A stretch of 64,000 nucleotides of DNA, from the NCBI GenBank assembly GCA_963749105.1, contig CAVVLT010000005.1, forward strand, positions 160,299-224,298, given 5' to 3'. A program made the position numbers and the translations under genes. The DNA is from Bryobacterales bacterium (GTDB lineage Bacteria > Acidobacteriota > Terriglobia > Bryobacterales > Bryobacteraceae). This document shows positions 1 to 9,035 of this stretch, one piece after another. Under the pieces are notes generated by a model. It saw only the letters and a program-made list of their open reading frames with translations. It did no database searches and had not been told where the DNA came from. The stretch's first letter is position 1. Every line of letters begins with the position of its first letter.

Positions 1-68
1 GAATGCCCCCTCTACTAGTATTGCCGTATTGTAATGCAGCCTCAATTCAGGAACGGTAAAGTATAAAC

Positions 69-1115
69 TTGGCACCAGAGATACGCAAAAGAGGCATACG
101 TCTTCTTAAGAGTGCGTTGTTGGCGTTGTCAGCGTCAGCCGCAGAATTGCCGGAACACCGCATTACCAATATCTTTCGCCCGCTCGCTACACCGGCCGAA
201 TCCGAAAAAAACATTGCCATGCTGGTGTTCGCCATTACCGGCGTCATCTTTGTTGGCGTTGCCGGTTTGATTGCTTACACGATCTGGCGGTTTCGCCATC
301 CACCGGGAGTCGAGCAGCCCGAAGAGCCGCCGCAAGTGTACGGCAGCAACCAAATTGAAGTGGCTTGGACCGTCTTACCGATCCTTATCGTATTTGTACT
401 AATCGGCGTTTCCGCGCGTGTCATCGCAGCCGTCGAGAATGCCAGCCCCCCGGCTGCGGCTTTGAAAGTAACCGTCATCGGCCATCAATGGTGGTGGGAA
501 ATCCTCTATCCTGATTTCAATATTGTTACTGCCAACGAAGTTCATGTACCCGCCACTCCCGACGGCAAAAACGCAACTTATCTTCAACTGCAAAGCGCCG
601 ACGTCATTCACAGCTTCTGGGTGCCACAACTATCGGGTAAGACAGACCTCATTCCCAATCGCACTAACTTTATGTGGATCGACCCCCGCGAACCGGGCAT
701 CTACGTCGGTAACTGTGCTGAATATTGTGGAACGCAGCACGCGAACATGTTGCTCCGCGTAGTAGGCGAAGATCCAAGATCGTTTAAGCAATGGACTATC
801 AAGCAACAGCGGCTTGCTGTTGATGATACGGGCGCCAGCGAAGGCCGTGCAGTCTTCGAATCCCTCGCTTGCGTGAACTGTCACAATATCTCTGGTTTGG
901 GCAAAGCCAACTCCGGTAGTAAATTCGGCCCCGACCTTACCCACTTAATGGATCGACGAACTTTAGGTTCGGGTGTCCTTAACAACACTCCCGAGAATTT
1001 GCGAGCCTGGGTGAACGACCCGCAGGTGCCAAAGCCCGGCTGTCTTATGCCGAGCATGAAACTTACACCAGATCAACTGACCAAAGTCGTGAACTATCTG
1101 GAGACTCTGAGGTAG
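69..1115 (+). CDS. ctaC: Cytochrome c oxidase subunit II fused to a C-terminal mono-haem cytochrome c domain (caa3-type)
   Basis: 348-aa ORF with a hydrophobic N-terminus. CuA centre HSFWVPQ...CAEYCGTQHANM (C-x3-C-x3-H-x2-M). C-terminal haem-c site CVNCH. Subunit I starts 2 nt downstream. Confidence 0.93.
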   Translation: MAPEIRKRGIRLLKSALLALSASAAELPEHRITNIFRPLATPAESEKNIAMLVFAITGVIFVGVAGLIAYTIWRFRHPPGVEQPEEPPQVYGSNQIEVAWTVLPILIVFVLIGVSARVIAAVENASPPAAALKVTVIGHQWWWEILYPDFNIVTANEVHVPATPDGKNATYLQLQSADVIHSFWVPQLSGKTDLIPNRTNFMWIDPREPGIYVGNCAEYCGTQHANMLLRVVGEDPRSFKQWTIKQQRLAVDDTGASEGRAVFESLACVNCHNISGLGKANSGSKFGPDLTHLMDRRTLGSGVLNNTPENLRAWVNDPQVPKPGCLMPSMKLTPDQLTKVVNYLETLR

Positions 1116-1117
1116 TT

Positions 1118-2797
1118 ATGTCGTCCATCCACTCTCCCTTGGAACATGCGCCCGTCGAAGAAGCGCGCTTTTCATTTTCGACCCACTTGTATGACTGGGT
1201 TTCCACCGTCGATCACAAACGGTTGGGGTTGATGTACATCGTTTCCGCGCTGGTCTTTCTCGTCATCGCTGGATTGATGGCTACGGTCATCCGCCTCCAA
1301 CTGACCTTCCCGAACGGCCACGTTGTCGATCCCGACACCTTCAATCGCCTCTTTACTATGCATGGCACCACGATGGTTTTTCTGGTGGGCATGCCATTTG
1401 TGGCCGGCCTTTCCAACTATCTTGTGCCGCTCATGATTGGCGCGCGCGATATGGCGTTTCCTCGCTTGAATGCATTTGGCTTTTGGATTTTCCTCTTCGG
1501 TGGATTCCTTCTTTACTTCAGCTATATCGGTGGCGGCGGATTGTCTGGCGCAGGTTCCGCGCCCGACGTCGGCTGGTTCGCCTATGCTCCCCTGACATCA
1601 CGCGCGTTCTCGCGTGGGGCTGGCACAGACTATTGGATCCTCGGCATTCTCGTTGCTGGCGTAGGCAGCATCGCCAGTGCCATCAATGTCATCGTCACCA
1701 CCCTTTCCATGCGCTGTCCCGGCATGACGCTCATCCGCATGCCTATGTTTGTGTGGGTCATGCTCATTGATTCCTGGCTCATCATCATCGCGCTCCCGCC
1801 GTTATCTGCCGCCCAGATCATGCTGTTGATCGATCGCTTTCTCGGTGGCAATTTCTTCAATACTCAATCCGGCGGCTCGGCCGTTTTGTGGCAGCATTTC
1901 TTTTGGATCTTCGGTCATCCGGAAGTCTACATTCTGATCTTTCCCGCCTTCGCCATCCTTTCCGAAGTGATTCCCATCTTTTCGCGCAAACCCATTTTTG
2001 GCCGCCCGGCTATGGTCGGCGCTGTCGCAGCGATCGGCTTCATCAGCCTCGGAGTCTGGGCGCATCACATGTTCGCCGTAGGTATGACCTCCTGGTCGAA
2101 CACATTCTTCACCGCGTCTACCATGCTTGTCGGTATCCCCACAGGCATTAAAATCTTTAACTGGACCGCGACCATGTACGGCGGTAAGATTCGCCTTGCC
2201 ACGCCCATGCTGTTCTGTTGCGCCTTCTTGTTTCAATTTCTGATTGCCGGCTTAACGGGTATCATGCTTGCCACCGGTCCTTTCGACTGGCAGCTTCACG
2301 ATTCCTATTTTGTCGTCGGTCACTTTCATTTCACTCTCGTTGCGGGTCTTGTATTTGGCCTCTTCGCCGGAATGTATTATTGGTTCCCCAAGGTTTCCGG
2401 GCGGATGTATAACGAGACTTTGGGCAAATGGCATTTCTGGCTCTTCACCCTCGGTGTTGAGCTGACATTCGTCCCGATGCACTTTCTCGGATTCTTGGGA
2501 ATGCCGCGCCGTATCTACACCTACGCGCCTGGCCGCGGCTGGGATTTTTGGAATCTCCTCGCTAGCTCAGGACTCCTGTTCCAACTGCCAGCCATTCTGA
2601 TTTTTGTCTGGAACATCGTCCACTCCGCGATTAAGGGCAAACCTGCCGGCGATGATCCCTGGGATGCCTGGACCCTCGAATGGGCCACCACTTCGCCGCC
2701 TCCGGAATACAACTTCGAAACCATACCCAACGTTCGCAGCAGCCGTCCACTCTGGGATTTAAAGAATCCTAACGATCCTGACTGGAGGTTCGAATAG
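1118..2797 (+). CDS. ctaD: Cytochrome c oxidase subunit I
   Basis: 559 aa. Haem-copper oxidase signatures FGHPEVYILIFPAF, WAHHMFAVGM and VVGHFHFTLV, with a multi-TM profile throughout. Confidence 0.97.
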   Translation: MSSIHSPLEHAPVEEARFSFSTHLYDWVSTVDHKRLGLMYIVSALVFLVIAGLMATVIRLQLTFPNGHVVDPDTFNRLFTMHGTTMVFLVGMPFVAGLSNYLVPLMIGARDMAFPRLNAFGFWIFLFGGFLLYFSYIGGGGLSGAGSAPDVGWFAYAPLTSRAFSRGAGTDYWILGILVAGVGSIASAINVIVTTLSMRCPGMTLIRMPMFVWVMLIDSWLIIIALPPLSAAQIMLLIDRFLGGNFFNTQSGGSAVLWQHFFWIFGHPEVYILIFPAFAILSEVIPIFSRKPIFGRPAMVGAVAAIGFISLGVWAHHMFAVGMTSWSNTFFTASTMLVGIPTGIKIFNWTATMYGGKIRLATPMLFCCAFLFQFLIAGLTGIMLATGPFDWQLHDSYFVVGHFHFTLVAGLVFGLFAGMYYWFPKVSGRMYNETLGKWHFWLFTLGVELTFVPMHFLGFLGMPRRIYTYAPGRGWDFWNLLASSGLLFQLPAILIFVWNIVHSAIKGKPAGDDPWDAWTLEWATTSPPPEYNFETIPNVRSSRPLWDLKNPNDPDWRFE

Positions 2798-3384
2798 TGG
2801 AAGCGGCCTTAGAGCAAAAGCAAGCCGAGTGGCATCTCCCGGATCGCGGCACCATGGGTGTCATTTTCCTGATAGTCACTGAAACCGCGCTGTTCACTAT
2901 TTTCGTGGTCGCTTACATCGTCTACATTGGCAAGAGCCTCACCGGGCCGTATCCGAAAGACGTCCTAGATCTCCCCATCCTGGCAAGCATCTGTCTGCTC
3001 TCCAGCAGCGCCACCATCGTGTTTGCCGAAAATTCCCTCAAGAAGCACCGTATAGGCATGTTTAAGCTCTGGTGGCTGGCCACCATTTTGCTTGGCCTGG
3101 AATTTCTTGTGTCGACCGGCTTAGAGTGGCGGAAGCTGATCTACGAGGACCATCTCACCGTGAGTACAAATCTCTTCGGTACAACCTTCTATTCACTGGT
3201 GGGCTTGCACGCCAGTCACGTGATCGTCGGTATGTGCTTTCTCATCTTGGTCATGCTCGTAAGTCTTATGGGCTTTCCGATTCACCTGCAGGAACGTCGC
3301 GTGAAATTTCTGTCCTGGTACTGGCACTTTGTCGATGGTGTCTGGGTTATCGTTTTCACTGTGGTTTATGTGATTGGGAGGTGA
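2797..3384 (+). CDS. ctaE: Cytochrome c oxidase subunit III
   Basis: 195 aa. The GTG start shares one base with the ctaD stop (TAGTG). Hydrophobic helices and a C-terminal SWYWHFVDGVWVIVF motif typical of subunit III. Confidence 0.9.
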   Translation: MEAALEQKQAEWHLPDRGTMGVIFLIVTETALFTIFVVAYIVYIGKSLTGPYPKDVLDLPILASICLLSSSATIVFAENSLKKHRIGMFKLWWLATILLGLEFLVSTGLEWRKLIYEDHLTVSTNLFGTTFYSLVGLHASHVIVGMCFLILVMLVSLMGFPIHLQERRVKFLSWYWHFVDGVWVIVFTVVYVIGR

Positions 3385-3389
3385 GGGAA

Positions 3390-4226
3390 ATGTCACAGCC
3401 AGCCAGCGGCGGAGATCAGACGCGCATTGAACTGCCCGCGCCAACCTTTTGGCCCATGGTTCTCGCCTTCGGCATAACATTGTTGTTAGCCGGCATAGTG
3501 ACGCATTGGGCAGTGAGCGTGACTGGCCTGTTGATCGCGGCTAAAGCGGCGGTGGGTTGGTGGAAAACCGTCATTCCATATGAGCTGCACGAGTCCGTGC
3601 CCATCGAAACCGAGCGCCGGCCGGCGCCTATCAGCGTCGGAGCACGCTCAGTTGTTCGCCTGAAACTGGGCGAGGGTGGCCATCGCGTCCGCGTACCTGA
3701 AGAAATTCATCCTTACTCGGCTGGACTATGGGGTGGTCTGGCAGGGGGTGCCGTAATGGCGGCTCTTGCCTGCCTATACGGTCTCATCGCCCAGCATAGT
3801 ATTTGGTATCCAATCAATCTCCTCTCCGGGGTTGTCATTCCGGACTTAGGCTCTGAAACTCTCGAACAACTCCGTAGGTTCAATGGACTCGCCTTCGTCG
3901 CGGCTATCGTCGGCCATGCTGGTATCTCGATCATGGTTGGCGTTCTGTACGCCGTCATGTTGCCAATGTTCCCTAAGTACGCGCCATTTTGGGCTGGTAT
4001 TCTGATGCCCGTAATCTGGAGCGGAGTCGTTGCTACCACTTTGAATTTCATAAACCCCGCGCTGAACTCCCGCATCAGTTGGCCGTGGTTTGTGGTGTGT
4101 CAACTCGGCTTCGGCTTGGTGGCGGGCTACATCATCGCTCGCAGCACCAGCATCCGAACCATGCAAAGCTGGAGTCTGGCGGAACGCGCCTTCCTCCACA
4201 CGCCCCAGGACGAGGATCAAAAATGA
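3390..4226 (+). CDS. Integral membrane protein of unknown family, in the subunit-IV/CtaF position of the oxidase operon
   Basis: In-frame ATG at 3390, preceded by GGGAGGTGAGGG, 5 nt after the ctaE stop. The tracked ORF start at 3072 lies inside ctaE and is not used. 278 aa with about six hydrophobic helices (FWPMVLAFGITLLLAGIV, WAVSVTGLLIAAKAAVGWW, LWGGLAGGAVMAALACLYGLI and others). I recognise no catalytic or cofactor motif. Confidence 0.6.
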   Translation: MSQPASGGDQTRIELPAPTFWPMVLAFGITLLLAGIVTHWAVSVTGLLIAAKAAVGWWKTVIPYELHESVPIETERRPAPISVGARSVVRLKLGEGGHRVRVPEEIHPYSAGLWGGLAGGAVMAALACLYGLIAQHSIWYPINLLSGVVIPDLGSETLEQLRRFNGLAFVAAIVGHAGISIMVGVLYAVMLPMFPKYAPFWAGILMPVIWSGVVATTLNFINPALNSRISWPWFVVCQLGFGLVAGYIIARSTSIRTMQSWSLAERAFLHTPQDEDQK

Positions 4227-4909
4227 TGCGGCAGGCTCTCTCCGCATTCTCCTGTGTCACACTTGTTTGGCTGGTGGCGTGCGATCCGCCAGGCAAGCCA
4301 AAAGAGGAAGAGATTGCCGCCGCGGATGTGACCGATTTTACGATTTTGTACAACGAAAATTGTGCCGGTTGTCATGGGCCCGACGGGATGAAAGGGCCTG
4401 GCCGCATATTGAACGACGCCGTGTATCTCGCCGTAATTCCCAGGGATGATTTGAAGCACATCATTGAATATGGCCGACAAGGCACCGCGATGCCGGCGTG
4501 GGCGCTGAGTGAGGGTGGTCCTCTCACGCCGCAGCAAGTAGAGGCATTAGTGGTTGGGATTGAGAGTTGGAAGAAACCTGTGAGTGTACCTGCTGGAACG
4601 GAGCTGCCCTCTTACGCCGGTACCAGTGCAGGCGACCCGGTGAACGGCAAGCGCTTATTCGTGCGCGGCTGTTTTGCTTGCCACGGTCCGGGAGCGCGTG
4701 TCGGATTAGTTACCGATCCCTCTTACTTGTCTCTCGTGACCAATCAGAATCTGCGCACCTCTGTTATCGTGGGACGCCTAGATCTGGGAATGCCGAACTA
4801 TCGTTTTTTGAATGCGGGCCACGCTTTGAACGATCAGGATGTGAGTGACTTAGTGGCCTATATGGCTTCGTTGCGGCCGGCTGAGTCGCCAATGGGGAAT
4901 ACGAAATGA
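4223..4909 (+). CDS. Dihaem cytochrome c lipoprotein (QcrC-like position)
   Basis: ATG at 4223 in an ATGA overlap with the upstream stop. Signal peptide with lipobox LVAC. Two haem-c sites, CAGCH and CFACH. 228 aa. The tracked 3989 start is an upstream extension overlapping the previous gene. Confidence 0.85.
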   Translation: MMRQALSAFSCVTLVWLVACDPPGKPKEEEIAAADVTDFTILYNENCAGCHGPDGMKGPGRILNDAVYLAVIPRDDLKHIIEYGRQGTAMPAWALSEGGPLTPQQVEALVVGIESWKKPVSVPAGTELPSYAGTSAGDPVNGKRLFVRGCFACHGPGARVGLVTDPSYLSLVTNQNLRTSVIVGRLDLGMPNYRFLNAGHALNDQDVSDLVAYMASLRPAESPMGNTK

Positions 4910-5442
4910 GTGAGCTCAAACAGGAAATAAAACCAGCAGTGGTACCAGGAAATCCATCCCGCCGGGATTGGCTTTTTTCTATCGGCGTTGCCCTGAATGT
5001 GATTGCCGGTGCGGCTATGTCGATCCCTCTGATTGGGTTCGTTTTTTCAAGTTTTGCCGAGAAGAAAGATCCTCGCAACTGGATCTCTCTCGGTCCGCTC
5101 GATCACTTTCCGGAAAAAACTACCCGCATTGCCACCTACCGCAATCCCTACACTCGCCCATGGGACGGTCAGACCGCCGACATCCCATGCTGGGTGCGGC
5201 GCGTGAGCGGCAATCAATTTCAAATTTTTGCCATTAACTGCACTCACTTGGGCTGTCCTGTGCGCTGGTTTCAAGAGTCGGGTCTCTTCCTCTGCCCCTG
5301 CCATGGCGGCGCTTATCTGGAAGATGGCTCGCGTGCCGCCGGCCCTCCCCCGCGGGGACTTTTCCAATATGACTACAAGGTGGAGAAGGGCGAACTTTGG
5401 GTGAAGGGCGGAGAGATGCCAACTCTCTCCAATCCGGTGTAG
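4906..5442 (+). CDS. Rieske 2Fe-2S subunit of a cytochrome bc-type complex
   Basis: 178 aa with an N-terminal TM helix. Rieske boxes CTHLGCPV and CPCHGG. ATGA overlap with the upstream gene. Confidence 0.92.
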   Translation: MSELKQEIKPAVVPGNPSRRDWLFSIGVALNVIAGAAMSIPLIGFVFSSFAEKKDPRNWISLGPLDHFPEKTTRIATYRNPYTRPWDGQTADIPCWVRRVSGNQFQIFAINCTHLGCPVRWFQESGLFLCPCHGGAYLEDGSRAAGPPPRGLFQYDYKVEKGELWVKGGEMPTLSNPV

Positions 5443-5443
5443 C

Positions 5444-6925
5444 ATGAATACCCTGCGAAACATAGCTGTCTGGCTGGATGACCGGCTTCACCTCACTGCC
5501 CTTTATGCTTCCACTGCTGGCCATGAGGTTCCAAAAAGTGCCGGCAGTTGGTTTTATGTTTTTGGCAGTGCTACGCTGCTGTGCTTCGTCATTCAGGTCA
5601 TCACTGGCGCTTGTCTTGCCTTCGTGTACATTCCCTCTACCAACGAAGCTTGGACCAGTCTTCAATATCTGAACCACGACCAGTTTTGGGGCTGGTATTT
5701 GCGTGCCGTTCACAATTGGGGATCGAACTTCATGGTGGCGATCATGACGCTGCACATGATTCAGGTATTCTTGTTCGGAGCCTACAAATATCCCCGCGAA
5801 CTGACTTGGGTGAGCGGGATTTTTCTGCTGTTAATGACGCTGGCAATGGCGTTCACCGGGCAAGTGATGCGCTTTGACCAGGACGCCTATTGGGGCTTGA
5901 CGATTGGCGCTTCCATTACTGGACGTGTGCCGATTATCGGCGCTCAACTCGTGCACTTATTGCTGGCCGGACCTATCATAGCCGGAGAAACACTGTCGCG
6001 TTTTTTTACGCTACACGTATTCATGATTCCCGGCTTGATCATCGCTATAGTCAGCATGCATTTGCGCTTGGTCTTAACCAAAGGCATCAACGAATACCCG
6101 ACGCCGGGCAAGCCGGTCCGCAAGGCCACCTACGATGCCCAGTACTCCGAAATTATACGCAAAGAAGGTGTGCCCTTTGTTCCACACGCCATTGGCAAAG
6201 ATCTCATTTTCGCCGCGCTGGTAATCGTTGGCATCTTGGGGGCGGCCTTTGTTTTCGGCCCCAAAGGTCCTGGCGGTCCGCCCAATCCAACGTTGGTAGA
6301 CACAAATCCTCGGCCCGATTTCTATTTCTTGTCGATCTTTGCCGCCCTCGCGCTATTGCCTGACTGGATGGAAGTGCTCATTCTCTTCGTTGCTCCTGCT
6401 GTTTGTATTGGGCTCCTGCTGGCGCTGCCATTTATCTCTCCCACGGGTGAGAAGAGCTACATTCGGAGACCGGTCGCAGTTCTGTCAGTAATCTTTGTGA
6501 TGCTTGTCATTGCGGTGCTCACCTACATGGGAGAAACTTCCCCTTGGTCTCCCAAAATGAACGCGTGGAGTGGAGACGCTATTCCTGAGAAGTACGTCCG
6601 AGGCCGAACGCCGCTTGAGTTGCGCGGTGCTTTGGTATTTCAAAACAAGCAGTGCCGCAACTGTCACGCGCTCGGAGGCGAGGGCGGTATGCGCGGTCCG
6701 GCATTAGACGAAGTAGCAACCCGACTTACTAAAGAAGAACTTGTACGGCAAGTAATCCAAGGTGGCGGCAACATGCCCGCATACGGAAAGAAGCTGAGTC
6801 CAGCGGAAGTGGAAGCGCTGGTTTCCTTCATGGCCACTCTTCACTCCACAGCGCCGGTTCGTCCTTCCAACAATCCGCAGAACAATTTACCGCGTGATGT
6901 CGCCACCCTGATGCTAGAGCGCTGA
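5444..6925 (+). CDS. Cytochrome b fused to subunit-IV-like helices and a C-terminal mono-haem cytochrome c domain
   Basis: 493 aa. Cyt b His-bearing helices RAVHNWGSNFMVAIMTLHMIQ and RFFTLHVFMIPGLIIAIVSMHL. Additional C-terminal TM helices, then the haem-c site CRNCH. Starts 1 nt after the Rieske stop. Confidence 0.9.
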   Translation: MNTLRNIAVWLDDRLHLTALYASTAGHEVPKSAGSWFYVFGSATLLCFVIQVITGACLAFVYIPSTNEAWTSLQYLNHDQFWGWYLRAVHNWGSNFMVAIMTLHMIQVFLFGAYKYPRELTWVSGIFLLLMTLAMAFTGQVMRFDQDAYWGLTIGASITGRVPIIGAQLVHLLLAGPIIAGETLSRFFTLHVFMIPGLIIAIVSMHLRLVLTKGINEYPTPGKPVRKATYDAQYSEIIRKEGVPFVPHAIGKDLIFAALVIVGILGAAFVFGPKGPGGPPNPTLVDTNPRPDFYFLSIFAALALLPDWMEVLILFVAPAVCIGLLLALPFISPTGEKSYIRRPVAVLSVIFVMLVIAVLTYMGETSPWSPKMNAWSGDAIPEKYVRGRTPLELRGALVFQNKQCRNCHALGGEGGMRGPALDEVATRLTKEELVRQVIQGGGNMPAYGKKLSPAEVEALVSFMATLHSTAPVRPSNNPQNNLPRDVATLMLER

Positions 6926-6926
6926 G

Positions 6927-9035
6927 GTGGAATCTACCGCTACCGCTGCGTTGTCATCGTGGCCCTTAGATGCGCGCGTCATAGCTCTGCTGTTACTGAG
7001 CGCCATTATTTACTTGCGGGGTTGGCTGCGCGGCCGCCGCTTGCTCCGCGATCATCGCGATGGATTACGGCTGACCTCGTTCCTGGTTAGTCTACTCGTC
7101 GTGTTTATTGCCAACGAATCGCCTCTCGACGCCTTCGACAGCCTGTTTCTCTCAGCGCACATGGCGCAGCATTTGCTGCTTATCATGATCGCGCCTCCGT
7201 TGCTGCTGCTGTCCCATCCGTTGCTTCCCATGCTGCGCGGTTTGCCAAAAACTTTTGTCAAAGAAGGTCTGGGCCCTTTCCTTTCATGGCAGCCATTGAA
7301 ACAGTTTTTCGGCTGGCTCACGTCTCCGATACCCGCTTGGACAGTGTTCGCCGTCAGTACCTTGGCCTGGCACTTGCCATTTTTGTATGAGTTGGCTCTT
7401 TCCTCCGCAACCTGGCACGCTGTTCAGCATGCTTGTTTCTTTTGGTCGGGAGTGCTCTTTTGGTGGCCCGTCATTCAGCCCGGGCCAAGCAAGCCGCGCT
7501 GGCCGAAATGGGTGGCGATCCCGTATTTGGTCTTCGCCGATATTCTGAATACCGGCCTTTCCGTCGTGTTTGTTTTCTCCGGGCATCTGATCTATCCGAG
7601 CTACGGAACAGTGCGAGCGACACACTTCGGCGCATTGGAAGACCAGAGTCTGGCTGGATTGCTAATGTGGGTTCCGGGATCGGTCGTCTACTTGGTGCCA
7701 ACTTTTGTTCTGGTAATGGGTTTGTTTACCAGTGAACGGATGCAGTCTGTCAGCGCCCCGGTACGGGTCCGTCGGAATTCCTTTCGCGCAACGCCGTGGT
7801 GGTGGAAGCGCGCGCCGGTACTTCGCCGAATCGCGCAAGTTGCGATGGCGTTGTTTTCGATTTTAGTAATTTTCGCCGGGTTCACGGGACCGCAAGTCGC
7901 CGCTTTGAATCTCGCCGGGGTTTTGCCTTGGATTCATTGGCGTGCCTTGTCGATGCTCGCGTTGCTGGCGATCGGCAATCTTTTCTGTCTAGCGTGCCCG
8001 TTCATGTTTGTACGAGATGCCGCCCGTCGTTTTCTGACGCCGAAACTCCGCTGGCCGCACTTCTTGCGTAACAAATGGCTTGCTGCTGGTTTGATCGCCG
8101 TGTATTTTTGGGCCTACGAAGCATTTTCTCTTTGGGACAGTCCTTGGCTTACCGCTTGGCTGATCGTTGGGTATTTTGTTGGCGCAGTGCTGGTTGACGG
8201 CGTTTTTCGTGGCGCCAGCTTCTGCAAATACGTTTGTCCCGTCGGCCAATATCACTTTGTCGTTTCATTAATTTCACCGCGCGAAATCGCCGTGCGAGAC
8301 AAAGCCACGTGTCGCAGTTGCCAGACCTACGATTGCATTCGCGGCAACCAAACGTCGCGCGGATGCGAACTGTATTTGTTCCAACCTAAGAAAGCGAGCA
8401 ACTTGGATTGCACCTTTTGTCTCGATTGCGTGAAAGCCTGCCCGCACGATAATGTTGCATTAATGTCGGTGACTCCTGCCAAAACGTTGCTGTCGGACGT
8501 TTACCGCTCGTCCCTTGGCAGACTCGCCAATCGTTCTGATCTAGTCGCGCTCGTTTTTTTACTTGTGTTCGGAGCGTTTACAAACGCGGCCGGAATGACT
8601 GCGCCCGTGATGATGTGGGAGCATCGCTGGCACTTCCGTTTGGGAGTTCACGCCATGCCATTTATTGTGGGAGTGTTCACTATCTTAGGCGCCGCGCTGC
8701 TTCCGCTCGCGCTGTTTGGGCTGTGTGCTCTGGTAAACGGAAACGCCCAGCGCGCCCGCCGCCTAGCCTTCTCGCTGGTTCCCCTGGGAGTCGGCATGTG
8801 GGCGGCCCATCTCGCGTTTCATGAAGCCTCTGCCTGGACGATGGCATCGGTTACATGGCTGCAAATCATACTGCTTGAAGCCGGGCTCCTGTTGACTCTT
8901 TACATCGCCTGGTGCATTTCCAAAGGAGCATTTTTAAAGCAATTTCTCCCATGGGCCAGCGTTGCCTGCCTGCTGTTTGCGACCGGTGTTTGGATCTTCT
9001 TCCAACCTATGCAAATGAGGGGGATGATGCATTGA
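6927..9035 (+). CDS. Fusion protein: caa3-type oxidase assembly factor CtaG (N-terminal) + NapH/FixG(CcoG)-like membrane polyferredoxin (C-terminal)
   Basis: 702 aa, with GTG 1 nt after the cyt b stop. Roughly aa 1-270 carry HMAQHLLLIMIAPPLLLL and WHAVQHACFFWSGVLFWWPVIQP, as in Caa3_CtaG. Roughly aa 300-702 are multi-TM, with Cys-Pro motifs LACPFM and CKYVCPVGQ plus a classical 4Fe-4S motif CTFCLDCVKACPHDN. Confidence 0.75.
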   Translation: MESTATAALSSWPLDARVIALLLLSAIIYLRGWLRGRRLLRDHRDGLRLTSFLVSLLVVFIANESPLDAFDSLFLSAHMAQHLLLIMIAPPLLLLSHPLLPMLRGLPKTFVKEGLGPFLSWQPLKQFFGWLTSPIPAWTVFAVSTLAWHLPFLYELALSSATWHAVQHACFFWSGVLFWWPVIQPGPSKPRWPKWVAIPYLVFADILNTGLSVVFVFSGHLIYPSYGTVRATHFGALEDQSLAGLLMWVPGSVVYLVPTFVLVMGLFTSERMQSVSAPVRVRRNSFRATPWWWKRAPVLRRIAQVAMALFSILVIFAGFTGPQVAALNLAGVLPWIHWRALSMLALLAIGNLFCLACPFMFVRDAARRFLTPKLRWPHFLRNKWLAAGLIAVYFWAYEAFSLWDSPWLTAWLIVGYFVGAVLVDGVFRGASFCKYVCPVGQYHFVVSLISPREIAVRDKATCRSCQTYDCIRGNQTSRGCELYLFQPKKASNLDCTFCLDCVKACPHDNVALMSVTPAKTLLSDVYRSSLGRLANRSDLVALVFLLVFGAFTNAAGMTAPVMMWEHRWHFRLGVHAMPFIVGVFTILGAALLPLALFGLCALVNGNAQRARRLAFSLVPLGVGMWAAHLAFHEASAWTMASVTWLQIILLEAGLLLTLYIAWCISKGAFLKQFLPWASVACLLFATGVWIFFQPMQMRGMMH

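Noticed and set aside
3072-3389. The N-terminal 106 codons of tracked ORF 3072..4226 would make a 384-aa protein.
   Set aside because: This part lies entirely inside ctaE in another frame, is Arg/Cys-rich and not membrane-like. A good SD+ATG at 3390 sits right after the ctaE stop.
3989-4222. Upstream extension of the dihaem cytochrome c ORF (tracked start 3989).
   Set aside because: It overlaps the preceding membrane-protein gene. The signal peptide and lipobox begin at the ATG at 4223, which forms an ATGA junction.
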